This document shows positions 1 through 10,491 of a stretch of DNA of 64,000 nt, piece by piece. The DNA is from a phage. The stretch is from NCBI GenBank assembly GCA_020773975.1, contig GCA_020773975.1_3638.1, one strand, 5' to 3'. Every line of letters starts with the position of its first letter. Positions within the stretch are counted from its first letter, which is position 1. A program made the translations under genes and the position numbers. The notes under the pieces were generated by a model. That model saw only the letters and a program-made list of their open reading frames with translations. It was not told where the DNA came from and ran no database searches.

Positions 1-1
1 G

Positions 2-1528
2 TTGGGCGACGGAATGCCTGATTTCAATAATGAGAAATTGACCCCGACATTAACCCTTAAACTTTTAGATGGGGCGACCCATTATATCCCTCTGTACGCT
101 TATGCTGAAAATATCAGCGAGGATTATAAAAGAGCCACAATCAAACTTGATTTTTCAAATTTAAAATCTGGCCCTGATGTGAACGTGCCAGTGGATACCT
201 CTCAAGTGGATCAGTTTTTCTTTTCTATGATATCTGAGAAGTATGCAGAAGGAGAAGATGTTGTCCCTAAAGAAAATCAGAACCTTATGTTGAAAATAAC
301 TCTTAAAAAGCCTGATACAGGCTATACAATGATGAGAGTTAATAATTTGACAATTCCTGCACATGATGTGCGTATGTGTACATCCTATGATGACATGTAT
401 AACCTGACACCTGAACGAGTGGTGGACAACTGCTTGAAACTTGGGTACAGGGATATGATAAACCACTATAATGGTATGTCGCATTATTACGAGTTCTCTT
501 GGGAAAGCTCTGCATGGAAACTGAACAAAGATGTCCCTGTCAATAATGCAACTCTACAATGGATGAAAAACTATTTCGCACTGACACAAGCAAATGGTTA
601 TAAGGTTATCAATTCTATTAGTTTTGAGTTGATGAGTACTGTATGTCCGGCAGAATGGGTGCAGCATGATTGGAATGATGCATTGGCTGAAACAGGATAC
701 ACACCACCAAGTTGGGTATTATCACCTAATATTAATGAGGGTATGCAATATATCCAAAGTGTGATAAATAAAATAGCAGCCACATGCGAACAAGTTAACC
801 AGGTTGTTATCATTCAGATAGGGGAGCCTTGGTGGTGGTATAATACTGCTACAAATTTACCTTGTGTCTATGATTATACTACAAAAGTTCGTTTTAATGA
901 AGAGACTGGATTGTATGCTCAAGACATGGGAACAATTTATGACTTTAAGACCGGAACACCCTATGATGAGTATGTAGATTTTCTAAGACAGTGCTTAGGG
1001 GAGCGAGTGGTAAAATTCGGTGCTGATCTTAAAAAATCTTATCCTAATGCAAAAATAACACTTTTACCGTTTTTACCATCCATTATTGGTAATGGTATTA
1101 TGGAAAAGATAAATTTCCCTAGTGGTAGTTATACACCTGAGAATTTTGATTTTTATTGCTCCGAGTGCTATGACTGGTTACTTCAAGGAAAAATGGAAAA
1201 ATCATTCCAGGCCATCACCATTCCGCGAGATGTCTTAAAATTTAAAGAAGATAAGATACATTATCTGGCAGGATTTGTTCCAGACGAAGGGCTAGCACCA
1301 TTATACGGATTTGACCCTAATTCTAATTATAGAGAATATCTTTGGAAAATGATTATAGGGAACATCGTTCTTAATGAGTTTAAGTTTCCAGGTATTTATC
1401 AATACATATGGGCGTATCCACAAGTAATGCATGATTCTATAACAGTGCACAACTCTCAATCCGCAGTCTTTCATATGGGGCATACAGCATTGAAAGGGTA
1501 TTTAAAAGATACCCCACCAGAAGTTTAA
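2..1528 (+). CDS. tail-associated structural protein, C-terminal part (5' end outside window)
   Basis: Long ORF open at window start, immediately upstream of tail-fibre genes; no catalytic motif recognised. Confidence 0.45.
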   Translation: MGDGMPDFNNEKLTPTLTLKLLDGATHYIPLYAYAENISEDYKRATIKLDFSNLKSGPDVNVPVDTSQVDQFFFSMISEKYAEGEDVVPKENQNLMLKITLKKPDTGYTMMRVNNLTIPAHDVRMCTSYDDMYNLTPERVVDNCLKLGYRDMINHYNGMSHYYEFSWESSAWKLNKDVPVNNATLQWMKNYFALTQANGYKVINSISFELMSTVCPAEWVQHDWNDALAETGYTPPSWVLSPNINEGMQYIQSVINKIAATCEQVNQVVIIQIGEPWWWYNTATNLPCVYDYTTKVRFNEETGLYAQDMGTIYDFKTGTPYDEYVDFLRQCLGERVVKFGADLKKSYPNAKITLLPFLPSIIGNGIMEKINFPSGSYTPENFDFYCSECYDWLLQGKMEKSFQAITIPRDVLKFKEDKIHYLAGFVPDEGLAPLYGFDPNSNYREYLWKMIIGNIVLNEFKFPGIYQYIWAYPQVMHDSITVHNSQSAVFHMGHTALKGYLKDTPPEV

Positions 1529-1543
1529 GAAGGAGATACTTTT

Positions 1544-2638
1544 ATGGCTACACCAAGTATACCAATCGAGATTTGGGCAGCGGGGGATGTAATTCTCCCT
1601 AATACTCACGGGAAGAATAAAATAAGACCTATTGACGACCTTTGGTTAAAAGGTTGGGATATGGGAGAAAAACCAGCTTGTGAAGAATTTAACTATGTTC
1701 TTCATATGATGACAAGTTGGATAAAATATGTTACAGAGGATCAAATTCCTGAATTAGATACAAGATTTTTAAGAAGAAGTGAAAATCTGTCTGATTTAGC
1801 TGACAAGGAAACATCCAGAGTCAACCTTGATGTGTGGAGCAGATCAGAGGCCGACAACCGTTACGTGAATGTAACGGGAGATACAATGACAGGAGCTTTG
1901 TCATTGCCGAGATTGAATTTTCAACCTTCTGAAACAGATACTGCGTATATTACAACTACAAATCCGGCTTCTGACTGGACGTACTGGGATTTTGTTCTTG
2001 GAGATAATCCGGGAATAGCAGGGACAAACGGTGTAGATTCTATACGTTTCCGATTCTCTCCTACAGGTAACTCTGGGATGTTCACTATGATGGAGCTTAA
2101 TGCTATTAGCTCCTCAGCGGCTTTGTGTAAAGTAACAGGAAATGTTGTTGCCACAGGAACTGTACAAGGAACAAATGTTAATGGCACAGATGCAACATTC
2201 ACCACAACAAGAACATCCTTTTTGACGGCTACAGGGCAAATTCAAGGTCAGACTGTTGTAGCAACAAGCTCATTAACAACACCATCTGCAAGAGTTAATG
2301 GAACAGCAAACGTAAATGAGTTAATTGTAAATAATAACTTTGCTACGGTTGCTGGGAGAAATATCGTAAGATCTGTTAATGGTGTAGGTGCGGATGGTAA
2401 CGGCAATGTTAATATCCAAACTGGCGGTGTTCAAGATGTTAGATTAACAGGTAACACATGGTACTGGCCTGGTAGTAACCTAGTATCTTGGAACTGGCAA
2501 GCGCCAGCGGGTGCAGTTATGACAGGTATCTGTCCTCAAGATGTTGGTAAAAACTCAGCAGACAACATTGGTGGGGTTTACTATGCGTATATCCAGAAAC
2601 AAGTAAATGGTGTCTGGCACAACGTAAGTAGAGTTTAA
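1544..2638 (+). CDS. tail fibre protein
   Basis: RBS AGGAGA 8 nt upstream of ATG; Gly/Thr/Asn-rich repetitive C-terminal region typical of fibre shafts. Confidence 0.55.
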   Translation: MATPSIPIEIWAAGDVILPNTHGKNKIRPIDDLWLKGWDMGEKPACEEFNYVLHMMTSWIKYVTEDQIPELDTRFLRRSENLSDLADKETSRVNLDVWSRSEADNRYVNVTGDTMTGALSLPRLNFQPSETDTAYITTTNPASDWTYWDFVLGDNPGIAGTNGVDSIRFRFSPTGNSGMFTMMELNAISSSAALCKVTGNVVATGTVQGTNVNGTDATFTTTRTSFLTATGQIQGQTVVATSSLTTPSARVNGTANVNELIVNNNFATVAGRNIVRSVNGVGADGNGNVNIQTGGVQDVRLTGNTWYWPGSNLVSWNWQAPAGAVMTGICPQDVGKNSADNIGGVYYAYIQKQVNGVWHNVSRV

Positions 2639-2655
2639 TCATTCAGGAGAGTTGC

Positions 2656-3240
2656 ATGAACAAAATATTTGGACCATTTTTCCCTTATTCTCCACTTCCT
2701 GATAATGCAACAGGAGCTACGAAAAGATTGTTGGAAGCTAACCCTTTCGCCCCTTTTTTCTATGAAGAATCTACGGGGAAAGACTATTATGAAATAGCCG
2801 AAGAATTGAAATCCCAAACAGAGCCGGGGAAATATGCTTTTCTTTCGCTGGATCTCGACGATAGGGTTTGCTGCGTTTGCTATGAAGGTTTTGATGGGTG
2901 CACTCCTTTCAGCGGCTGGAAAATAGCGGTTGTTCCGGTAGAAAATTTGCCTAAAGGCATTGAGTATGACCTCGGTGACGTGGCATTAAAAGATGGCAAA
3001 TTTGTTTATACCTATTTCCGATCTATACAAGAGGCAAAACTTCACAAGGATAAGGAAATTGCATGGGCAAGTCAATATATTCAGACATATGAAGACTATG
3101 AGCAGGTAACAGGTAAAAAACTACCAGAGCACATGGCAGATATTCTTAAGAAATTAAAGATTTATCGTTGTGAGGTATTAAGCATTAAAACTGAGGATGC
3201 TCCTAACATAACATGGGCTATAAGACCGTCAGTTGAGTAA
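2656..3240 (+). CDS. hypothetical protein (possible fibre accessory or assembly protein)
   Basis: ORF packed between two fibre genes; no motif recognised. Confidence 0.4.
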   Translation: MNKIFGPFFPYSPLPDNATGATKRLLEANPFAPFFYEESTGKDYYEIAEELKSQTEPGKYAFLSLDLDDRVCCVCYEGFDGCTPFSGWKIAVVPVENLPKGIEYDLGDVALKDGKFVYTYFRSIQEAKLHKDKEIAWASQYIQTYEDYEQVTGKKLPEHMADILKKLKIYRCEVLSIKTEDAPNITWAIRPSVE

Positions 3241-3252
3241 AGGAGCTAAGGA

Positions 3253-3567
3253 ATGTCTATTGACCTATTTGCTATCTTAAAAGCCGTATGGGGCGTATTG
3301 ACGTTTTTCTTAGTTGGTGTTCTGAAGCTAACATACTCAGACTATAAAAAGACACAACAACGTCTTGATGAACTTGATAGGGACATCATAAGAATTAAGG
3401 CAGAAATGGTCACTAAAGAAAAACTTGATGAGATTCTTGATAAAAAACTGAAAGCTGTCCGCGATGATGTTTCAGATTTTAGAAAAGACTTAAAAGAGGA
3501 TGTAAGCAGTTTGAGAGTTGATCTTATAGACCGGCTTAAAATTCTTATAGAGAGCCAAATGAAATGA
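3253..3567 (+). CDS. small membrane-anchored coiled-coil protein
   Basis: N-terminal hydrophobic segment followed by charged heptad-like region. Confidence 0.4.
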   Translation: MSIDLFAILKAVWGVLTFFLVGVLKLTYSDYKKTQQRLDELDRDIIRIKAEMVTKEKLDEILDKKLKAVRDDVSDFRKDLKEDVSSLRVDLIDRLKILIESQMK

Positions 3568-4040
3568 TAAGTTCTGCACTGTACTTTATATGCTTTGCAG
3601 TGCTACTTCTTGATAATGATAAAGGTATCCGAACCATGTCAGTACTTGGCATGGTTCATATCCTGATAGAGAATATATTGTACTGGTGGTTCAGTTCCCA
3701 TATCTACGCATTTGATTTATCACTCTACCTAACTTTTTGTTGGTTTTTGGATATATCTCTGATTTTCTTTACTGCATGTGTTTTGACAGGATGGAGAAAA
3801 AAGCTAATGCTTGCACTATCTCTACCTGTTTTGTTTTGCCAAATTTTAATTATGCAGTTCCCATTTATTTTACCGAACGCATTAGGCTTCACGATAAATT
3901 CATCATATCCAACATTTATGGAAGTTCTTTTATTATGCGCTGCATACAAAACAGGTACAATAAAAGAATTGTTTAAAACTTCTGTTGTTGTTGTTGGTTT
4001 CATAATTATAGCCAGAATTGTTCCTGGAGTAAATTATTGA
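3564..4040 (+). CDS. multi-pass membrane protein
   Basis: Several hydrophobic segments; 4-nt start/stop overlap with the upstream gene. Confidence 0.4.
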   Translation: MISSALYFICFAVLLLDNDKGIRTMSVLGMVHILIENILYWWFSSHIYAFDLSLYLTFCWFLDISLIFFTACVLTGWRKKLMLALSLPVLFCQILIMQFPFILPNALGFTINSSYPTFMEVLLLCAAYKTGTIKELFKTSVVVVGFIIIARIVPGVNY

Positions 4041-4055
4041 GGATTCTAATGTATT

Positions 4056-4319
4056 ATGATAAAATCAATATTGAAATTTTTAAAAGATCTTGTCAGATCC
4101 CCAGTAAATCCAGAGAAAGCCTCCCACACAAAATTTTGGAGCAATATCGGATTAGCTGCAATGACAGCAGTTTTTTTGGATTGGGGTTTCAAAGGCACAT
4201 TAACGGAGTGGTATATGTGGGTGTATGCCCCCACAGTAGCTGCCCCGCAGTTAATAAGTAAGTTAATATCTCTACGCTGGGGTGTAGAAGCACAACGTAG
4301 GGAAGAGTCAGACCAATAA
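4056..4319 (+). CDS. small membrane protein
   Basis: One predicted TM segment (NIGLAAMTAVFLDWGF); function unknown. Confidence 0.35.
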   Translation: MIKSILKFLKDLVRSPVNPEKASHTKFWSNIGLAAMTAVFLDWGFKGTLTEWYMWVYAPTVAAPQLISKLISLRWGVEAQRREESDQ

Positions 4320-4329
4320 GGAGATTCTT

Positions 4330-6081
4330 GTGGCGGACATGACTAAATTTGAACAGGCGGTAGATCAGGTTGTAGAAGATTCTGAACGCCTTCATAAAGT
4401 TGTCAATGGGGCAGCTACTGAAACTGTAGTTACAGAGGATGGCAGTCTGATACCTACAGTCAGAAAAGCATTTCTTGACAATTTATTCTTTAAAACACCT
4501 CCACTGCCGTGGGTTGCTGGACAACAGACGACGGTATTTAATCAGTTGTATGCCTATACAGGGGAAAGAGGTGTCCAATGGTGGTATGCACCCGGTGCGA
4601 CAGAGAGTTCGCCTGTAACACTACCTCCTAATCCAGTCAATAATGTTAACTGGAGATTATACAACGATTCAGAATCTATTTCTCAGGTATTTGCGCCTAT
4701 TGACAGCCCTATTTTTACAGGGAACCCTCAAGCACCAACACCATCAGCGGATAGTAACAGTACAACTCTGGCAACAACACAATTCGTTACTAGAGCTATT
4801 GCTACTGCTTTGGCTGGAATTGCGGGTGGCAACGGTACATTCGCGGATCTTACTGTAACAGGTTTAGCGAGTCTTAATACGCTTTCTGTTGGCGGTGTGT
4901 CAACATTTAATGGGCCTGTTAATGCTGAAAATCAAACAGGAAAATTCCAGAATCTTATCTTAACAAAAGATAATTCAAGTCTATCTTTTGCCTACAGTGA
5001 TGATTCTAACCCGACGTTTATGAAAACAAGGCTTGAAGCATACTCAGCGCAGACACATCAGTTACATACAGACATCATCATAAACGGTGTGCCAGTAGCA
5101 GACAATACAACAATGTCTTTCACAGGTCTTGGTAATAATACCTTCGACTATGTTTACATTACAGGTAACTCTAAAAAAGACCCTTCTGAAGCTCGTCTTA
5201 AAGTTTCTGGGATAACAGAACTTGAAAACTTAAAGATTACAGGTACTGTAACAGGACTTTCTTTTTCTGTCAATGGGGAAGATATCTCGCCTAATTCTGT
5301 AACAACGGCACAAGGGATTACTGTAGGTGGTGATTTACAAGTCAATGGTAACACCAATCTCAACAGTACAACATGTGAGAGCTTAGAAGTTACTAACAAC
5401 CTTGTTGTTAATGGACAAGCCAGTCTCAAAGATTTCTCCTCTACAACTGGTAATGTCACAGAGCTATTAACTTTAGGGGAGGGATTCACTGCGACTGGTG
5501 ACGGGTATGTAGGTGGTGATCTAACTGTCAACGGAACTTCAACCCTTGGTAAGATAATATCTGATGGCGATGTGACTTTAAATAGATCTTCTGGCACAAC
5601 AACAGTAAACAACCTGATTGTTAAGGGGACTGTATCTGGTATTACGGTTGATTTGACAGGACAAAACGTAAACGTAGCATCTCTTTCTGCTCAAAGCAGT
5701 GTAACGACAGATCAGTTATTTGTTAACGGCCAGACACAACTTTCTTCCACCAATGTAAGTTTCCTAACTTTACAATCGGAAGAAGTTGACGATCCGACAG
5801 CAACATGGGCACCAAGCGGCACATCCAACATTTATAATGTCACAGTAAATAAAAATCTGACAATCGGAGCATGGCCTGATCCACAGCAACCTTTCTCCGC
5901 TATGATTTATCTGACGCAGGATGCCACAGGTGGGCACAGTGTGACTCTGGATCCTAATTATGTTGTCCTTAACAGTGAAACTGTTAATACAACAGCAAAT
6001 TCAGTCACCATCCTTCAATTAACCTTTAATGGTGTTGAAGGTGGGGTTATCGACACTGTTATTGTCCGTAGACCACAATAA
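4330..6081 (+). CDS. tail fibre protein
   Basis: N-terminal fibre motif SPIFTGNPQAPTPSADSNSTTLATTQFV followed by long T/N/G/S-rich repeats; RBS upstream; GTG at 4321 is an alternative start. Confidence 0.65.
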   Translation: MADMTKFEQAVDQVVEDSERLHKVVNGAATETVVTEDGSLIPTVRKAFLDNLFFKTPPLPWVAGQQTTVFNQLYAYTGERGVQWWYAPGATESSPVTLPPNPVNNVNWRLYNDSESISQVFAPIDSPIFTGNPQAPTPSADSNSTTLATTQFVTRAIATALAGIAGGNGTFADLTVTGLASLNTLSVGGVSTFNGPVNAENQTGKFQNLILTKDNSSLSFAYSDDSNPTFMKTRLEAYSAQTHQLHTDIIINGVPVADNTTMSFTGLGNNTFDYVYITGNSKKDPSEARLKVSGITELENLKITGTVTGLSFSVNGEDISPNSVTTAQGITVGGDLQVNGNTNLNSTTCESLEVTNNLVVNGQASLKDFSSTTGNVTELLTLGEGFTATGDGYVGGDLTVNGTSTLGKIISDGDVTLNRSSGTTTVNNLIVKGTVSGITVDLTGQNVNVASLSAQSSVTTDQLFVNGQTQLSSTNVSFLTLQSEEVDDPTATWAPSGTSNIYNVTVNKNLTIGAWPDPQQPFSAMIYLTQDATGGHSVTLDPNYVVLNSETVNTTANSVTILQLTFNGVEGGVIDTVIVRRPQ

Positions 6082-6098
6082 TGTAAAAGGCCACAGCA

Positions 6099-6731
6099 GT
6101 GGCCTTTGTTTTAGGAGGTTTAATGTATCCAATTCCTTGTTTCTATAATACAATTATTAACAAGATAGCGGCACAATCCATAACTTTACAACCTATAGGT
6201 ATTGCATTAAAAGGTAGTTCTAAAAAGCTGGCGTATGCGGTTTCCCCCGAAGGGGCTGATATATATGATATAACTTTTGAAGCTAATACGCCGGATTCGG
6301 TCTCTGTTAATAAAGATGGGGAAATATCCTTTATTTCAGAAGGTTACTTCAGTATATTAATGACAGCAAAGACAGTTGGAGATATAACTTTATCCGATGT
6401 TATAATTGGAAATGTAGAAGAGTTGAGATTGGACGTTGACCCTATAGGAAATAGACCAATCGGGGACAGGTTCTGGTTTGTCTATAGAGGCGATCCTTCT
6501 TTTGATCCTGGCAACCCATCCCCTAATATGGTTGGTTTTGATGTATTCCCGCCAAAGATCATGGAAGAAGATGACTTCTTTGTCTATGGGTTTGCAGAAA
6601 CACCTAACATCATAAGCATGGCTCCTAGCGGGATATTTACATGCATATCCTCTGGTGAGGCACAATGTGGATTAAAAGGTACATACAAAGATGTTTCTGC
6701 CACCCACAAAGAAACAGTAACGGTGGTTTAA
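6099..6731 (+). CDS. Ig-like (BIG2-type) domain protein, probable fibre-associated
   Basis: BIG2-like segment YAVSPEGADIYDITFEANTPDSVSVNKDGEISF. Confidence 0.4.
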   Translation: MAFVLGGLMYPIPCFYNTIINKIAAQSITLQPIGIALKGSSKKLAYAVSPEGADIYDITFEANTPDSVSVNKDGEISFISEGYFSILMTAKTVGDITLSDVIIGNVEELRLDVDPIGNRPIGDRFWFVYRGDPSFDPGNPSPNMVGFDVFPPKIMEEDDFFVYGFAETPNIISMAPSGIFTCISSGEAQCGLKGTYKDVSATHKETVTVV

Positions 6732-6883
6732 TAAAGCTCTTTTATAATTTTGTAGGACATCACTTATTTTTACAAGTAAATATTTATTACAAATAATCCA
6801 CACTTTATAGGAGTATGTAATTATCATAAGATCGCCACTGTTGTATAAATCCCTAATAAACACCTAGACTTTAATCAAAAAAT

Positions 6884-6908
6884 GGAGGGGAGATCCCCTC
6901 CATTTTTA
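6884..6908. terminator. bidirectional rho-independent terminator between convergent blocks
   Basis: GGAGGGG-agat-CCCCTCC hairpin flanked by A-run upstream and T-run downstream. Confidence 0.7.
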
Positions 6909-6916
6909 TGAGGTAT

Positions 6917-8134
6917 TTACAGGATGTATACCCGATGTTTACCGTACTGTAGACCTACAGGACTGAAAGGGATATCTTCATCATAGTCAAATTCAGGTGC
7001 TGGCGATTCCATATTCGGAATATCGCTATTGGAACTGTTCAAAGGTTCCTCAGCATGCTGTTTGTTCTTTTGTTGTGTCTTCCCATCACCTTTAGATAAG
7101 AACTCGTAAAACGGCTCTGATAGTGTTAGGTAAACATCTTTGGCGGCATTCAGAATACTATCTTCTGTTATTTTATCGGTTTGATGATACAAAGCACAAG
7201 CCACTAAGATAGCATTACCCGCACTAGCGCCCACCGCATTAGATTCCACATCTTTTCCTGTTTTCTCTGCCACAAAAGCCTTCATAGCTACTGTAGCGTT
7301 GTGAACCATCTTCGCGGCAGAGAGACGATCCTCGATCTTAAAACCAGCTTTAATGAGTTCCTTCACACCGTTGATGCCGTGCCCACAAGCAACACCTAAA
7401 GCATCATAGCCGCCAGATGACTTCTTAGTCTGCCCAGCAGGACCATAGGCTTTAAATCCACTTAAGACCGTACCATCACTTAGGTTAACAATCGCAGTGA
7501 CACGACCACCTACTACAACTTGCGCCAATTGCTCATCTGTGAGGACAAGGTTTCCTTGACCATTCTTCTCATCATTAACTGTCACCACATTGCCAACGAT
7601 TGCAGCAATCTCACCATAAATTTTAGTGCCTTTAACTTGGGCATTTGCAGGTGATTGGGTCGAAGATTGCTGGCGAGGAGCACTTTGACCAACTTTACTT
7701 TCATCGAGAATGCTGAAGGTCTTTCCGTTTAAAGTGCCGTTTGTATACGTTTTATCCCCACTCTTAGTAATTTTGAGAGGGAAAGAAACAACCATCCCCG
7801 CCACAATATCTTTGTATCCAGAATCAAATTTCACCTGAATTTTGTCTGCATGGCTTGGGTGAAGTTTTTTCTCACCCATAGAAATCCACTCACCTTGGCT
7901 CTGTGGGTCAATAACGTTGTTATTATCGTCAACCTCTTGCATCAGGAAACTGATTGAGTGCGTAGCCTCAATAACTTTAGCTGGTTGCCCGTTGCGAGCA
8001 GGGATATGGGTACGCCGGATACCATCTGCGTCAGCGTTTTTCACTGGACGAATATTAACATACTTGATAAAACCTTTCGCAAAATAATCAACTTTTCCGT
8101 TGATTGGATTCTTAAATTCATTGATTACGCTCAT
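6917..8134 (-). CDS. putative ssDNA-binding protein with SSB-type acidic DIPF motif
   Basis: Acidic C-terminal region EFDYDEDIPF resembles the SSB tail, but is followed by 15 further residues; position at head of replication block. Confidence 0.45.
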   Translation of the reverse strand: MSVINEFKNPINGKVDYFAKGFIKYVNIRPVKNADADGIRRTHIPARNGQPAKVIEATHSISFLMQEVDDNNNVIDPQSQGEWISMGEKKLHPSHADKIQVKFDSGYKDIVAGMVVSFPLKITKSGDKTYTNGTLNGKTFSILDESKVGQSAPRQQSSTQSPANAQVKGTKIYGEIAAIVGNVVTVNDEKNGQGNLVLTDEQLAQVVVGGRVTAIVNLSDGTVLSGFKAYGPAGQTKKSSGGYDALGVACGHGINGVKELIKAGFKIEDRLSAAKMVHNATVAMKAFVAEKTGKDVESNAVGASAGNAILVACALYHQTDKITEDSILNAAKDVYLTLSEPFYEFLSKGDGKTQQKNKQHAEEPLNSSNSDIPNMESPAPEFDYDEDIPFSPVGLQYGKHRVYIL

Positions 8135-8148
8135 TCTCTCTCCTTTTA

Positions 8149-8490
8149 TTACTTAACGCCTTCAGCAGTTTCGTTTCCAACGCTCAACATTTTATCTACC
8201 ACTAAATCTTCAACTTGATTTAGCAGGTTCAATGCAAAAGTGGAAGCAGTATTTAATTTCAACAAATTGTTGCGGTGTCCTCGGATCCATGAAATTGCAT
8301 CCTCTACCGTTTTATAGTTACCACTTTGGATGAGCTTTAGCATCTCTTCTCGAATTTCTTTCGACCCGATTACTGTTCCCATCTGGTGACTGGCGCTGGA
8401 CAAGTATACGATTGTTCCAAACTGCCCTTCATCAAGATCAAGAAAACGGATATCCTCTTTATTTTCAGGTGTTTGTTTTTCTTTAGGCAT
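8149..8490 (-). CDS. hypothetical protein
   Basis: ORF with TTGACA-containing promoter-like sequence upstream. Confidence 0.4.
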   Translation of the reverse strand: MPKEKQTPENKEDIRFLDLDEGQFGTIVYLSSASHQMGTVIGSKEIREEMLKLIQSGNYKTVEDAISWIRGHRNNLLKLNTASTFALNLLNQVEDLVVDKMLSVGNETAEGVK

Positions 8491-8550
8491 GTCTATTCCT
8501 TACAAGGTTGTTGAGTATCACATCTTACACTATGCATGCATGCATGTATG

Positions 8551-8742
8551 TCAAGATGATTTTTTGTCTTTTTCTTGGAGAAAAGACAGGACAAATGCTG
8601 TAACCGCTATAATCAAAGGGGGCATGACAACAATTGCCCATGGTAGGTATAGAGGGGCAAGAACTAACCACCAAGACCAGTCTATAATCTCACACAACTT
8701 CAACGCTATGAAGAGAATGCTTAACGCAGATAAAAATCTCAT
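8551..8742 (-). CDS. small membrane protein
   Basis: Two hydrophobic segments in 63 aa. Confidence 0.35.
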   Translation of the reverse strand: MRFLSALSILFIALKLCEIIDWSWWLVLAPLYLPWAIVVMPPLIIAVTAFVLSFLQEKDKKSS

Positions 8743-8749
8743 AAAAACC

Positions 8750-9031
8750 TCAAGAGAAAAACTCTTCTATAACTTCCCAAACCCTTTCCGAACCCCCTCC
8801 TGAAAGGATACTCCAAATAACCATATCTTGATAGCCTTTCTTACACACATCCACTTGTCGAAATGCTTTGTGGAAACCCTCTGGACAACCATATTCCACA
8901 GGGAGCATATCCACATTATCTTCGAAATATTTAAGTAGCAATTCCTCTTCCAAAGAGGGGTTGTTGCGAAGTTTCTCTTTGAGATTCTCAACAAGTTGTG
9001 CACCTGTTAACTTTTTGTTTGTCATGTCCAA
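8750..9031 (-). CDS. hypothetical protein
   Basis: ORF in leftward operon; preferred over the overlapping frame 8767-9003. Confidence 0.35.
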   Translation of the reverse strand: MDMTNKKLTGAQLVENLKEKLRNNPSLEEELLLKYFEDNVDMLPVEYGCPEGFHKAFRQVDVCKKGYQDMVIWSILSGGGSERVWEVIEEFFS

Positions 9032-9378
9032 TCTCCATTTTTAATTTCCAGTATATCTACGCTCTCTGTTGGTACAAAGCCAACAACAGGCTTCATACAT
9101 TTCTCTTTTACATTATCGAAGACATACATTTCATCCAATGCTTTTTGTGTTGTGCACGATTCCCAGTTTTTTGTGTACTCTTTGTAGCCATCCTCGTAAA
9201 GGAGGAAGTAGTTAATAGTTGTTGCCCCAAGAATAACGAACATAACAAAAGAGACAACAACGTGTTTCCATGTTCCTTTATACGATAAAATGAAAGCCCA
9301 AATAGAACACAACACATAAAACGATAAAGCAGGGAACCAGTTATTATGCACCTGTACCCACTCTAAAAAAGACATCAT
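9022..9378 (-). CDS. membrane protein
   Basis: Multiple hydrophobic segments. Confidence 0.4.
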   Translation of the reverse strand: MMSFLEWVQVHNNWFPALSFYVLCSIWAFILSYKGTWKHVVVSFVMFVILGATTINYFLLYEDGYKEYTKNWESCTTQKALDEMYVFDNVKEKCMKPVVGFVPTESVDILEIKNGDWT

Positions 9379-9382
9379 GTTT

Positions 9383-9676
9383 CTATCCTTTATTTATATA
9401 TCTCTTCCAGTCAGAAACAATGTTAGATGCAAGCTGGTAAGTTCCGTTGGCATGTCCATCAGTTTTTGCTGCCGCTTTTACATATGGTAGGGATTGTTCG
9501 AGAGCATCCACAATCAAGGGACACATTGCAATAGCCAAAGCTAGATTCCCGTTTTCAGCGGTACAGATTGGGGAGTAGCTCTCCATTCCGTTTCCGTATT
9601 TCTCAAGACTACCTTTAACAATAACTTGGTCTTCACCAAACAAATCCTCATGATGTTCCCACATTTCTTCGATCAT
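9383..9676 (-). CDS. hypothetical protein
   Basis: ORF tightly packed in operon. Confidence 0.4.
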   Translation of the reverse strand: MIEEMWEHHEDLFGEDQVIVKGSLEKYGNGMESYSPICTAENGNLALAIAMCPLIVDALEQSLPYVKAAAKTDGHANGTYQLASNIVSDWKRYINKG

Positions 9677-9898
9677 CTAGTTGTTCCTCAATTTTGCCAT
9701 TGCATTATTAAATATTTTTTCGAGTTTCCTGTATTTAATCTTTTGTTTTATGCTTAACTTTTTTCTCTCTCCGGCAACCATTGCGCCATAATACTTAAAT
9801 AAAACAACACGTCTATTGCTTACTTTTAATACTTGGGATTCCCTTTTCCTTGGCAGGAGAAGGATTTTAGCTTTGCGATTTTTCAACTTTACCTCCAA
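9677..9898 (-). CDS. small basic protein
   Basis: Lys/Arg-rich 73-aa ORF. Confidence 0.3.
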   Translation of the reverse strand: MEVKLKNRKAKILLLPRKRESQVLKVSNRRVVLFKYYGAMVAGERKKLSIKQKIKYRKLEKIFNNAMAKLRNN

Positions 9899-10310
9899 TC
9901 ATCTTATCCAGTTTTCGCCACATATCCCACACACCACCATTACCTATTGTGTTTTTCGATGGAGTCACACAGGCGATAAATTCCAGATCAGTGCCCTTAT
10001 TCATAAGATATTCAGATACCAACCCTGAAGCGATCAGTTTTATATTTTCAAGGTCTTCTTCAAGCTCCTTAATACGAGCCTGTGCTTTTTCAATTTCTTC
10101 CTTATGTCTTTTGTATTCTTGAAAAGCGTGCCAAGATTGTCCTTTATGAACACTTTCACAAATGGCCTCTACTTGCTCTTTTGAGAGCACAGTGAGTGGT
10201 TGAGATGGGAAAATCATTATTTGTCCACTATCCCAATCGAATCCTGCATGTATAGATTGAACATCAACCGAAGGTGTTGCTCCAACAGTACCTGGGGAAT
10301 GAATAACCAT
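9867..10310 (-). CDS. hypothetical protein
   Basis: ORF; overlaps neighbour ends in another frame. Confidence 0.4.
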   Translation of the reverse strand: MVIHSPGTVGATPSVDVQSIHAGFDWDSGQIMIFPSQPLTVLSKEQVEAICESVHKGQSWHAFQEYKRHKEEIEKAQARIKELEEDLENIKLIASGLVSEYLMNKGTDLEFIACVTPSKNTIGNGGVWDMWRKLDKMIGGKVEKSQS

Positions 10311-10491
10311 CGTTAATTTTAATCAAAGGGAAGTCAGTAATCAAGACATGATTTAAACCAACGGCAGTAACAAGGTATTTCTGCTCTGGATCCCAAGACA
10401 ATTTAGACTTGTACAAACAACCTTGTCTAATTTTAAAATCTTCCACACACCCACCCTTCACAGTTGTGATCACGACATCCTTCAAAATCAT
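10264..10491 (-). CDS. hypothetical protein (possible fragment)
   Basis: Overlaps both neighbours by 47-59 nt in different frames. Confidence 0.25.
   Translation of the reverse strand: MILKDVVITTVKGGCVEDFKIRQGCLYKSKLSWDPEQKYLVTAVGLNHVLITDFPLIKINDGYSFPRYCWSNTFG

Noticed and set aside
8523-8540. (ATGC)n alternating tract CTATGCATGCATGCATGTATG
   Set aside because: Only about 3.5 units, lying in the spacer of a probable promoter; too short to call a microsatellite or a regulatory element without more evidence.
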